From: the human T2T-CHM13v2.0 reference genome, Homo sapiens
DNA: 64,000 nt
Assembly: GCF_009914755.1 (NCBI RefSeq)
Contig: NC_060940.1
Strand: one strand, 5' to 3'
Made by a program: the position numbers and the translations under genes. The notes beneath the pieces were generated by a model. That model was not told the origin of the DNA. It ran no database searches and saw only the letters and a program-made list of their open reading frames with translations. The stretch's first letter is position 1. Every line of letters begins with the position of its first letter. This document shows positions 40,732 through 53,359 of this stretch, one piece after another.

Positions 40732-41709
40732 CGTTAGGGTGTGCTTTAACAATAAAAACTAGAGTAATTTTATTGGAACAATTTTTAAAAAATTCAACAG
40801 ATACCTATAAAGGGCCTACTATACACCAGACATGAGTATCAATGGACAGAACTAACTAAATATGCACATTTTGACTTGAGTTTTCTAACAACTAAACTGA
40901 TCATAAAAGAAGTCTGTGTTGCATTATGAGGAGGTGAGGTCTCCTTTAGTACAAAGCATTCAAGCAGAAGCTAAGATGTTGCATTAGGTTAGACTTGGGC
41001 AAGATGCCTTTTGAGATTTTCCCCATCTCTAATATCTTGTTTTTGTAATTAAAAAAAATGTAAATGAATAAATGCCAAGGAAGAACTTGGGACCCTAAAT
41101 TATATGCATACATTTTCCCACGTGGATAATTTCTAAATGATCAATATAAAAAAAGTCAGACCTTCTTTTGCCTCACCCTGAGAACTGCCTACTCTCTTTA
41201 GCATATTATTATTATTATTATTATTATTACAACTGGGAATTGGAATATCTTATCAATGTTACAAAAACCCTATGCTCTGATTCCCATCCGTTCTACCTGG
41301 CTGGGGACCTCTGTGCGAGGGAAGAACTTGCAGACTTGAGCATGGAAAGCAGTGGAGTCGCAGGCCCTCATGCTAGTCAGCAAAACTCACAAGTATAGAC
41401 AGTTCAATCACATTCTATTTTAAGAGTATAAAACAGAACTTTTAGTATAAAAGTAGTTTCAAGGCTTGAATAAAAGAACTTGCTGAGCACAGGGAGAACT
41501 TGATTTGTTTTAACAATATACAGATTAATATCTCTTGCACTTGAAATTTTCCTTAGTACTTAATGCGTAACATCTGTCCTAGAAAGAATTGATCTTTAAT
41601 CTGTTCAGGTATGCACAGGCACATACCACATTCAGATGAACTAAGTAATAAATCTGTCTTTTTTTTAAGCTTCAGACTTGAGAAAATAGTTCCTTTAAAG
41701 TACACTGGC

Positions 41710-41915
41710 TCCAGCCTGGCCAACATGGCAAAAACTCGTCTCTACTAAAAATACAAAAGATTAGCGAGGCATGGCAGCACATGTCTGTAATCCCAGCTAC
41801 TTTGGAAGCTGAGGCATGAGAATTGCTTCAACCTGGGAGGCGGAGGGTGCAGTCAGCCAAGATCGCGCCACTGCACTCCAGTCTGGGCAATAGACCGAGA
41901 CTCTGTCTCAAAAAA
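41710..41915 (+). mobile_element. AluS, 5'-truncated
   Basis: Partial left arm plus right arm. Flanking aagtacactggc repeat. Confidence 0.88.
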
Positions 41916-42787
41916 GTTTATTGAAGTACACTGGCAAAATTCAAATGAAAGAAGGAAAAATCCCACAGTTATCTCATTAAACAGAAAGAAAACAATATTT
42001 TGAAAGAGAATTATTAATTTAAATTTAATGTATATTTTTGAAGCAAATCACACTTATGCTAGGTTGGAGCAAAACAGTTAGTTTTACAGGAGCCCATTAA
42101 AATAATGAGAGGAAAAACTCACTGTCACTCATCATGTGTTACTCTTTCTGTGCATTTTTGGTGTAAGCCTGAGAAATTACGTAAATTAGAGTTTCTAGTC
42201 ACACAGAATCTGCAAAAGATGGGTAGACTTGAGAAGTTAAACCAGGAAAGGCATTTCAATCTTTTCAAGAAATGAATGACTGACTTAGTTGTGTCCCTAA
42301 TATCAGCAAACAGGTCAAGGTGGAAATCTGACTTTGAATTGGAGTTTCACCTATTTTGGTAGAATGCTTCTTAGAGACACAGATGAGTCAGAGGCATCAA
42401 GTGTTGCTTAAGTACTAGAGAAGAAGGGAACACTGTTAATCAAGATAGCCAATCCATGCCTCAAAAGATAGCTGGACATTTATTTGACATAAATTTATTG
42501 AATGTCTCCTATGTACCAGGCCCTGTGTTAGGCACCCAGCAATCAAAGACAAATAAGACAGAGGCTGCTCTTAAGTTGCTTAGATCATTAAAGCATACTA
42601 GGAGTAAGAGAGATGTTAATGTGAATGACACAAATAAATAAGCCTAGATTTCAGAGTGCTTGCCAAGCATTCTGAAATGGATGGATGAAGGAGAGATTAA
42701 ATGTGATATTAAAATAAATGAAGACTAAAAATACGCTGCTTTTCACCAAGAAGGATGATGCTCGTGAGCAAAGGTAAAATAACTGAT

Positions 42788-43060
42788 TTTATTTTATTTT
42801 TTTATTTTTTTTTTTGAGACAGAGCCTTGCTCTATAGCCCAGGCTGGAGTGCAGTGATGTCACCTTGACTTACTGCAACCTCTGCCTCCCAGGCTCCAGC
42901 CTCAGCCTCCTGAGTAGCTAGGACTACAGTCACGCGTCACCACGCCCAACTAAATTTCGTATTTTTTATAGAGACAGGGATTTCACCATGTTGGCTGGTC
43001 TGGTCTTCAACTCCTGACTTCAAGTGCTCTCCCTGCCTCAGCCTCCCGAAGTGCTGGGAG
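42788..43060 (-). mobile_element. Alu (S/J)
   Basis: Antisense, lacking the extreme 5' end. Flanking actgatttt repeat. Confidence 0.88.
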
Positions 43061-43784
43061 GACTGATTTTTTTTTGAGATGTTTTCATCCTAGAAATTGT
43101 GTGACTTCTGTTTGGTTCCCCTGGGAACTCAAATCTGCAGCAGTTAAATGACTGTCCTGGATTTAGTAGTTTATCCCTAAGGAATCAAATCCCAAACTCT
43201 TACTCCAATACTCATTGTTTCAATTAACTGAACTTGGTTATTCTAATTACATACACAATTAGGTTAGCAAAAGTTTTAAGAATTTCTTGCCTTCTTATCT
43301 AGAGGTGTCCAGTTGAAGAAGGACAGAGATAAGGAATGTACTTCAACTCCAAAATTAACATCATACCAAATAAACAGTATATTTAAATTTTTTTAGCTTT
43401 AAAATAGCCAAATAATACTTTCTTGAAAATGGCAAAAGAGAGGACATGGATAATTAAAAGTATAGAAATGATTAGACTCATGTATCAGTATTTTGTGGCT
43501 GCAGTAATAATGAAGATAGGTGAAACTCTTAGCTCAAATAAGACTGAATTTGCTGTTTAGAAAGGAAGGATGCATGTTATATCAGTTTCATCTCTCAAAA
43601 TAAATCTCAACACTAATACGTTCTGTTGCTTTTCTGGGTTCAGCTATTTATGCTTGTTTCAAAACTGTAATAAATATTTCTACAAAGTACATGTGCCTTT
43701 TTTGGTCACACAAATCAACATGGGTCTCTTGGTGTTGGCTATCACAATAGTAATGCAAAAACAGTCACCTCTAACACCAGTTCA

Positions 43785-45400
43785 GGATAGAACTCTCAGC
43801 AAAGTAGGAATAGGGAGAACCTCTTTAATATGATACAAAGCATCTACCAAAAAACTCTATAGCTAATATAACACTTAATGGCGAAAGCCAAAATGTTTTC
43901 CCCTTAACACTGGAAACAAGACAAGTGTGTCCACTCTCACCACTTATTCAATATAGTAAATGAAAATTCTAGCCAGCACAAGAAAAATAAAAGACATAGG
44001 GATTAGAAAGAAAATTATCTCTCTTTGCAGAAGACGAAGTTGTCTATGTAGAAAATCCCAAGGAATCTTCAAAAAACCCTCCTAGAACCAGTTAGTGAGT
44101 CAAGCAAGGTCACTGTATACAAGATCAATACACAAAAATAAATTTCATTTCCATACACTAAAATATGTGGAAGCAAAACTTAAAAACACAATATCCTCTA
44201 CAGCCATCTTAAAGAAAATAAAATACTTAGGCATGCACTTAACAAAACATGTACAGGGTCTTTATGACAAACATGGGGGTCAGGTGGAGGATACTACTAG
44301 CATGGGTGGGAACTGGTTACAATGAAAAAATAAGTAACACAATGAGGAAAACAGAAGTCACGTTTCTCACTGCTGGAAGAGATATCTACAAAAACAGACG
44401 AAATTAGAAGGAACCCTGAAGTGCTCCATTTGGATGAAAAATGAAATTATTGCAACGAATTCATGGTTTTATAGTTAGCTCATACAAATGTAAATAGATG
44501 TAAAAATAGTTACAAATGTGTAGACTTGTATGTACATATGTGAATCCATACCTGTTTTCTCCTAGCTGTGTCCATTGAGAGAACCTGGAAGAAATGACAA
44601 CCCAGTAGCAACGAGCACACTGGGCAACCATTTCAGGATGTGGTTTTGAAATACTGTTCTCTACTAAAAGAGAGAAATGTCTGATTCCTTGGAGAAATGT
44701 CTGATTCCAGGCTTGGGACAAGGGGGGTACAAGATGAACAGTAGAATGTCAATTGATGGAAATAGAGAATCATTATTTGACAAATGTAGAAGGTTGATTC
44801 AGGGAGTTGTCAATGTACTCTAAGGGTGCTAGGCAAAAGTTTCATAAAGAAAAGCCTATTAATGTAATATCAGAATATTGCCCCCCAAAACACTAATGAA
44901 TTACAAAGGGGAAAACAGTGAGTTTAGGGTAGAGAAACTTGGTGATCATCAAGGTGACCAGGTGAACAAGGTTAACATCATGGTGGTAGGACAGGTGAAC
45001 ATCATGTGCTTCCTGATATGATGCACTGAGAAATGCACAGCATCAATTCTGCAACTCCTTGCAGTGGAATTTCTGCAAATAATTCATGACCTAAGTTGGG
45101 TAATGAGGAAACAGTGCTATCTCACAGAATGCAAAGCCTGGATTCTTTAAAACTGAAAAGGACATGAAAAATAAGAAAAGACTGAGGAACTGGTCCAGAT
45201 TGAAGAAGTCTGAAAAGATGGGACAATTAAATGCAATAGATATTTCTGGACAGAATCCTGGGCCAGAAAGAAAAAACAATATTGTTGGGACAGCTGGTGA
45301 AATCTGAATGGGGTCTATGTATATAGACAGGATGGTGCTGTACTGGTTGATCTGATCTAGAGGGTTGTACATCGGAGCATGTCCTTGCTCTTTGGAATAT
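43785..45400 (+). mobile_element. Old L1M ORF2 (RT region) and L1MC-like 3'UTR fragments
   Basis: aactctcagcaaagtaggaataggg...ctctttgcagaagac...tagaaaatcccaagg. Confidence 0.65.
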
Positions 45401-45454
45401 GTGGAGAGAGGGGAAGAGAAAGAGAACAAAATTAAATGTTAGTACTTTACTCAC

Positions 45455-45563
45455 CAATAACTTTAACAAAATAAGCATCTGCTTCAAAGTTATTTTTTAG
45501 TGTATGAATGGCAAAATCATTCTTTGTATATCCTTTACTTAGCACTACAATGTCCAAGATTCC
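45455..45563 (-). CDS. ITFG1: ITFG1 coding exon, 109 bp (about exon 12): GILDIVVLSKGYTKNDFAIHTLKNNFEADAYFVKVI(V)
   Basis: Acceptor tttgtttttttccag|GGA, donor ATTG|gtgagt. Continues the frame of the 151-bp exon. Confidence 0.96.
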
Positions 45564-46719
45564 CTGGAAAAAAACAAACAAAAATGGTAAGAACAAACTA
45601 TTAGACCAACTAAAAAAAAAATGACCATTAAAATGCATGGCATATTGTTTATAAAGTAAATGTAGCCTTATTTATTCATCCTCATGTTTAAAATAAAATC
45701 GCTATTAAAAATAGGTAGTATATACACCCAAGTTTCAATAGTAAAATATAAATAAAATAAAAAACATCTGTAATTTTAGTCTCTGGAGATAATGATTAGC
45801 ATTTTGCTATGTTTCTTTCCAGTCAAATTTGCATGAAGTTTCAAAGGCCCATGATGTGGACCTGCCAGACCCTTTCCAACCATCAGGGGGAGTACCTTTT
45901 CATCTGCCCTTGCCACCACAGCATTTTATCATTTGCTTTCAAAAAGGAGGGAGCTTTGCTAATTTTGTCGAAGGAAATAAATGTATGCTTATTTAAATTG
46001 ATATTCCTTTGATTCTTTTCATGAAGTTGGTCATTTATCATATTTTTAAATATGTCAGCAACTTGGCTTTTTGTAGTAAACTATGTTCTAGTTTTGCAGA
46101 GTATTTTTGATGATATCAGTTTGTATAAGCCCTTTTATATTATGAATATTAACTATTTGACTTTCATAGAAAATTTATTTCCCAGTTTTAAAACAATTTT
46201 AAATTTCATTCATATTTTTGATGTACAGAAATTAAAAATGGATTTGTAGTCAATTCTCTTGCTTTGTCCCCTTGTGATATTTCTGTCAATTACTTTTATG
46301 GTTGGAATCTGCTAATGAAAAGTGAAATAACACAAGATTTGATTGCAGGAGAAACGGGAAAACAAGGACCTGAATAATTCATATAATTGAGAATAAGTCT
46401 CTTATAAAAAACAAAATAAAATCAAAAATGGGGTAAATGGGGACATAAATGTCCTATTGGGCACTTAACTTTTAAAAATAAATTATCTTACAAGGATATA
46501 CTGTGATACATTAATTCTGGAATTTAACATTGCTTTTTTCAGAATTTATTATTTTTCAGAGCGGTAAACTGGCATTTCACCTTAGAAAGGGGAAAACTGG
46601 AACCTTAAAGCCTTTCATAAGGTCACCTGGCAATCAGTCAGAGTCACAAGAATCTGTGGAAATAGACGCTACTCTGCGTCACAAAGATAAAACTGAGCAC
46701 TAAACTCATTCTTTTGTGA

Positions 46720-47059
<340 letters not shown>

Positions 47060-47367
47060 TGTTGGCTGTAATTTTGTCTACTGTTGAACATTCAGGTCTG
47101 CCAGTCTTAGAGCATGATGCTTTAGTGGTTTAATCCAAATATGCCCAAAATGAAGTAAGAGAGTTTTAATATTTGACTGTACTGATCAGCCAATGTTGTC
47201 AATAGATTTGTTTCATCTGTCATTTAACATTAAAAGGGGCTTTCCTTAATTAACTCATTTGCTTTTTGTTGTGTTGTCCACATTTTCTGGTCAAATGGAA
47301 TGAAGCTAAAGTGTGACAAGGTGAAAGGCAATTAAACTTCAAACACACAGCCCAGCTCTGAACTCAC

Positions 47368-47518
47368 ATCTTCGTAAATGTCAAAGAAGGTGGCAACCAT
47401 GGCATCCTTAATTTGATTTAGGTCTGTCAGCTCCCAGTAGACTTTAAACATTCGACGCGCCTCTTCACAGCTTGCATTATTACAAGGGACGTTCTCCAGT
47501 AAAAAGGCCTGCTGGTTG
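47368..47518 (-). CDS. ITFG1: ITFG1 coding exon, 151 bp (about exon 11): (S)NQQAFLLENVPCNNASCEEARRMFKVYWELTDLNQIKDAMVATFFDIYED
   Basis: Peptide recognised as ITFG1/TIP. Acceptor cctttcctttggcgcacag|CAAC, donor GAT|gtgagt. Phase 2 in, phase 0 out. Confidence 0.96.
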
Positions 47519-48049
47519 CTGTGCGCCAAAGGAAAGGCATTTCGTTAATATAAACATCAACACTGTGGCATCGGCTCTGTAGTATTTCCTAGATTAAAAG
47601 GAGACGGTAAACGGTACACAGTGAAATTACACGAAAAAATCTCCACATTTTTTGTTTATAGTACTGTCATTAAAAAATTGTTGGCTATCCCTTTTCAACC
47701 TTTGGCAAAAATCCTCTGATTTTGTAGGCTAGTTGGTTGCTGGCTTCTTTCCTTTTCTATGGAGTTTCCAAGTCCATCCCTTCTTCCTCATTTACTACTC
47801 TATAGTTATTGACCCTCAGTTCCTGCACACTGTCATTATCTGTTTAGATGTGTATTACTTTTCACTGAATATCTACATTTTAACTAGAATGTCTCATAAA
47901 CTCAAAGCAATGAATCTATTACAACAGAATTTCAGCTGCTCTCATAGGTGGTAGGGCAGATATTGCCAAGCATCTCTCAGATAACAGAAGCATCATACGT
48001 TGCATAGCCATGAAGTCTTCCCTCTTGAATCCTACTCTAGAGGCAAAGT

Positions 48050-48290
48050 ATTTATGAGCTTAGATTCTGGAGCTAGATTACCTAGATTCAAATCCTGGCT
48101 CTGTTATTTAGCAGCTCTGTGGCCTTGAGTGAGTTATTTAACCTCTAAGACTCAGATCCTCATTTGTAAGCTGTATAATAAGAGTACTTAGAGCATAGGT
48201 TGTTAACATGAAATCAAACACTGCAAGGAAAGTTACTTAGAACAACTCCTGGCATCCAGTTAGTACTCAATGAAAGTGTTTATATTATCT
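48050..48290 (+). mobile_element. MIR
   Basis: Core ttcaaatcctggctctg...tgtggccttgagtgagttatttaacctct. Confidence 0.75.
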
Positions 48291-48505
48291 TCATTTTTAC
48301 TATAGAATGCAATACAATGCCATGTAAAAATATTTTCTTTAGATACAGAAGTAACTTTGTAAAGTGTTATTTTATGTAATAGCTCCTAGGCATTTTCCCA
48401 AAATATGTATATTCTTTCACTTTTCTCTATGCATATAGAAAATAATAGATGATACGGCCTAAATTTTATTATTGTTTAATTTTTCTCTAATAATAATTAC
48501 TTTTC

Positions 48506-48795
48506 ATTTTTTCTTGAGACAGTCTCACTCTGTCACCCAGCTGGAGTGCAGTGGTGCAATCTCGCCTCACTGCAACCTCTCTGCCTCCTGGGCTCAAGTG
48601 ACCCTGCCATCTTAGCCTCCGGAGTAGCTGGACTACAGGTGTGTGCCATCATGCCCAGTTAATTTTTGTATTTCTTGTAGAGACAGGGTTTTGCCATGTG
48701 GCCTAGGCTAGTCTCAAACTCCTGAGCTCAAGTGATCTTCCTGCCTTGGCTTCCCAAAGTGCTGGGATAATAGGTGTGAGACACCATGTCTGCCC
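48506..48795 (-). mobile_element. AluJ
   Basis: Antisense dimer. Flanking taataattacttt repeat. Confidence 0.88.
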
Positions 48796-49507
48796 TCTAA
48801 TAATTACTTTAAATAAATCAGTACATAGAGATTTCTTTTGTTCATATAAAAATATTACTGTGGCTCTGGGTGAGTTTGATTATAAGAAAGCAAAATTTCT
48901 AAGCGTTTAACACAGAATAGAAACCAATGTACCAAATATTCAATTTGCATGATGTCTGGTAAATATATGATTGGATTCAAACTATTTTTCCAGATGAAAA
49001 ATTCCAAAACAAATAGTTTACCAGAACAATTCTTTAACAAATGAAAAAAATCTTTCAGACCATAACATTTACTTGGAAAACTCTCAGGTGACTTTGTTCA
49101 TGACCTATTATAGAACAGTATTTGTCCACTAGAAAGAATAAATGATTTCTTCTTTGTCTCCTGTCTAACAATGAATTTTAAAATTCTAATTTATAAAAAT
49201 TTTTCCTGGTAACTTACCCATCCTACCCTTTTAGCTAAAGAGTTTTTCTAGATATTTCACAGAGATGTAGCACACTCTGTTATTAGAAGATTGTATTAAA
49301 ACATGAGAACATGTGATAAAAGCGGACTTTCTACAGTATTCTATAATCTATGCATCATATGGTCAACATTTGAGTGAGCATGCATCCTTATTTTCCTTTG
49401 CAAAACTACTGCACATATTTCATTATTATAAGTCTGGTCACAATTTCAAATATACAACAACCTACAACAAAAACCCTTTTGCAGTCATGCAATTTAAAAT
49501 GTTATTC

Positions 49508-50601
49508 CTTCTTTTGCCCACACTAGACATGGAACTGGTCAGCTATTTGGAGAGGCTGCTATGAACCAGTGCAGGTTTTCTGGACTCACAGTTTATGCAG
49601 ATCTGCTGGATCTGGGTCCAGGGAGTCCCACTGATGGGCTGAGGCTGGCCATGCCCAGCTGGGGAGTCTCAGAGGAGCAGGGAATCAAAATGCTTCCTGG
49701 AATCACCACCCTGGTCTTCAAGTTCTGGCATGGAGTCATAGTTGCAGCAGACTATAGGGCTGCAGTGGGTGCTTACATTGCCTCCAGATGGTAAAGAAGG
49801 TGACAGAGATCAACCCCTACCCGAAGCCATCATGGCTAGGGGCACAGGGAACTGTAGCTTCTGAGAATGGCTGTTGGCTCGGCAAAGTCAAATGTATGAG
49901 CTTTGAAATAAGGAATGCATCCCTGTAACAGCTGCCTCCAAGCTGCCTGACAACATATTGTATCAGTACAAAGGCATGGGGCTGTCCATAGGCAACATGA
50001 TCTGTGGCTGGGATAGGAGAGGCCCTGGCCTCTGCTACATGGACACTGAAGGGAATCAGATCTCAGGGGCCACCTTCTCTGTAGGTTCTTGCTCTGTGTA
50101 TGCTTATGGGGTTATGAATCAGGGCTATTCCTATAACCTGGAAATGGAGCAGGCCTATGATCTGGCCCATGAGGTAAGCTACCAAGCCATCTACCAAGCC
50201 ACCTGCATAGATGCCTACTCAGGAGGTGCTGCTAACCTCTACCATGTGCAGGAGGATGGCTGGATCCAAGTCTCCAGTGACAATGCAGTTGATCTTCATG
50301 ACAAGTATGATGGATCTACCCCAGGAGGGAGGGTGATGTAGCTGTTTGCATTTCTTGGGTGACTGTCATTGGTAATATGGATACAGTGCTTCATCTTATC
50401 TCTAGTGGAGGGGTCTTCAACTGTATCAATACTTTTTTTTAAAGCTGTGGAACACTGACCTCTATGTGTTACCAGTCCTTAATGAGCTGCTGCAGAGGTG
50501 GCTATTTTACTTTCTTGGATGTTAAGGTACTCTACTCACTACTTTACCTGAATGAATGAATGAATGAATAAATAAATACATACATACATAAATAAATGAA
50601 T
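49508..50601 (+). pseudogene. Processed pseudogene of proteasome 20S subunit beta 5 (PSMB5)
   Basis: Intronless copy. 5'UTR remnant gcccacactagacATG (ATG at 49529). PSMB5-like peptides [48 protein letters not shown]. Frameshifts and in-frame TGA stops. The tail has decayed to a (TGAA)/(TAAA)/(TACA) repeat. TSD aaaatgt(t/c)attc at 49496-49507 and 50602-50613. Confidence 0.93.
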
Positions 50602-51364
50602 AAAATGTCATTCTTAATTTTTGATATCAGTTGGTAAAGATTATAAATGTCTTAGAGCTCCCTAGCTACTTTGGTCCTGTATTGTGAAACATGAGGTTCG
50701 TAACAGTTCAGTTCTTTAAAATTCTACAGAGCTCTACAAGTAGAACCCAGCATCTTGCCTTTAAAAATAAAATTTGATTTAAGCCAAAGGAGGAAGAACC
50801 TTTACCCATTTGGTTTAGAAACTATTGGCGACAAACAGTCTTGCTTCTTTTTAGTCAGTTTCTCTATGTGTTCTTGGCAATTATAACTAATATATCTTAA
50901 ACATTTTTTTATTAAAAATGATTACAAAAGCAATCATAACATTCAATAGAGAGATTTAAAAAGTCAAAATCCTTCCTTTCCAGGAATAATCAATGTTAAT
51001 AATTTGGTATGCATCTTTCTAAGCTTTCTTCTAGGCACATATAAATATGTAAATACATATAACCTTAAAAAAAACCTAATTGGGTTCTGATACATATATT
51101 TTTCTATAATATTTTTCTTTCCACTACATTATATAGCACACACAAAAGGGAATGGGATATAGTCTGACTGAAGACTTTTGATCCCTATATTGAAAACATC
51201 CCCCATGAGAAGGTGTACCAATTTAAGTCTCCCATTAGTAGCCTATCAAATTGCCTGTTTCTACACAGTCTCATGTTTTTCCAATGGTTATTCCATTATA
51301 TGGCCAAGCCATCATTCATTTTAACACTATGCTATTGATGGTCAGGTTATTGCCAACTGTTCTC

Positions 51365-51368
<4 letters not shown>

Positions 51369-51419
<51 letters not shown>
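51369..51419 (+). repeat. (AC)n microsatellite, about 25 units
   Basis: Seen directly. Confidence 0.97.
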
Positions 51420-51422
<3 letters not shown>

Positions 51423-53032
51423 ATAGAGAGAAAATTTTTCTTTGGGAACTTGTACGAGAAATTCCAGATGACAGTCATCTGGTCAAAGGATATGGATATT
51501 TTAAATGACAACAGTTAAACCTAAATGGTCTCTGAAAAGCTATACCAACTTTTATTTCCAACAATGTATGAGCGTCTTTTCATATCTTGCCGGTATTAGT
51601 AACATTGCTTCTTACTCTTGACAGTTGAAGAGCTTAAAAACAACTTCATTCTTCTGATGATGACAGCAGCTGAGTATTACATTTATGTTTATAAGCCATT
51701 CACATTTTTCTGAAGAACTGCCAATTAAAATTATGTTCTCATTGATTTTTAGATCTTTTATTGTTAGAGACTTTAGCCACTTATCTGTTAGTCTCATATC
51801 CTTGTTTGTAAGATGGAAGTCATAATAGTACATTACCTTCAAACAGCTGTTCTAAGGATTGAATGAGAAAATACATTGTAAAGTGTTCAGTATAGTGCCT
51901 GGTATAGCACAGTACACATTTAATAACTGCTATTATTATTATTATTATTATTATGTACTGCTGTTATTATTACCTGATATGTTGTAAATACTTCCCAGCC
52001 TTTTATTTTTTTTTTTAAATTTTGTTTACGGTACCCTTCACTAAAAGGTTTTTAATATTTATGTAGTCATTTATGTCTATATTTTTCTTTATAGCAGTAT
52101 AAGAAATGTTAAAGGAAGTCTATCAGGCAGATGGAAAATGACACCAGATGACACTCTAGATCTACACAAAACAAGGAACACTGAAAATGGCAAACATGTA
52201 GGCAAACAGAAAAGTCTTTTTCTTATTATTTAAATTTATTTAAGGAGAATCAACTGTCTAAACAAACAAAAACCAACATAGTATGGTGTTAATAAGGTAG
52301 TAGATGTAAAATGTGTGATAAAAATAGCACTAAAACCAGAAGAGGAGAAATATAAATATACTATCATAAAGGTTCTGAAACTATACGTGAAGTGCTATAA
52401 TACTGTTTGAAGATAGACTAGGATAAGTTAAAGATGTATAAACACTACAGTATTCACTAAAATAAGATTTCTAATGAATAAATCAACAAAAAGACAAAAT
52501 AGAATCATAAAAATACTCACTTAATTTAAATGAAAACCTTTAGAAAGAGGACAAAAACCAGAAAGTAGATTTTGACAATATCAATACTGACATGAAATAT
52601 AAAGGGTCTAAACACACAAACTACAAGCCATACGTTGTGAGATTGGATTAAAAAATGAAGACTCAACTATATATTGCCTCCAATATAAAGATACAAATAG
52701 GTAAGATGTAAAAGCAGTGATAAAAGATAGATCACCCCAAGGAAGGCAAAAAGACAACCCACAAAATGGGAGAACATGTTTGCAAATTATATCTGAAAAA
52801 GACTTGCATATGGAATATACAAGAAACTCTCACAATTTAATAACAAAAGACAACCTAATTTAAAAAATGAACTAAGTAGCTGAACAGACATTTTTTCAAG
52901 GAAAATATATACGAAAATATATACGAACAGCCAATATGCACATGAAAAGATGTTCAACAAAATTAGCCATCAGAGAACTCCAAATCAAAACCACAATGAG
53001 ACAACACTTCACATCCAGTACAACAGGTAAAA

Positions 53033-53359
<327 letters not shown>

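Noticed and set aside
47509-47520. Extra AGs 7 and 10 nt inside the 151-bp exon as alternative acceptors
   Set aside because: Both would shift the frame, and the first AG after the pyrimidine tract fits the known protein.
49561-50341. PSMB5-like ORFs as a functional retrogene
   Set aside because: Frameshifts, premature stops and the Thr1->Ile change.
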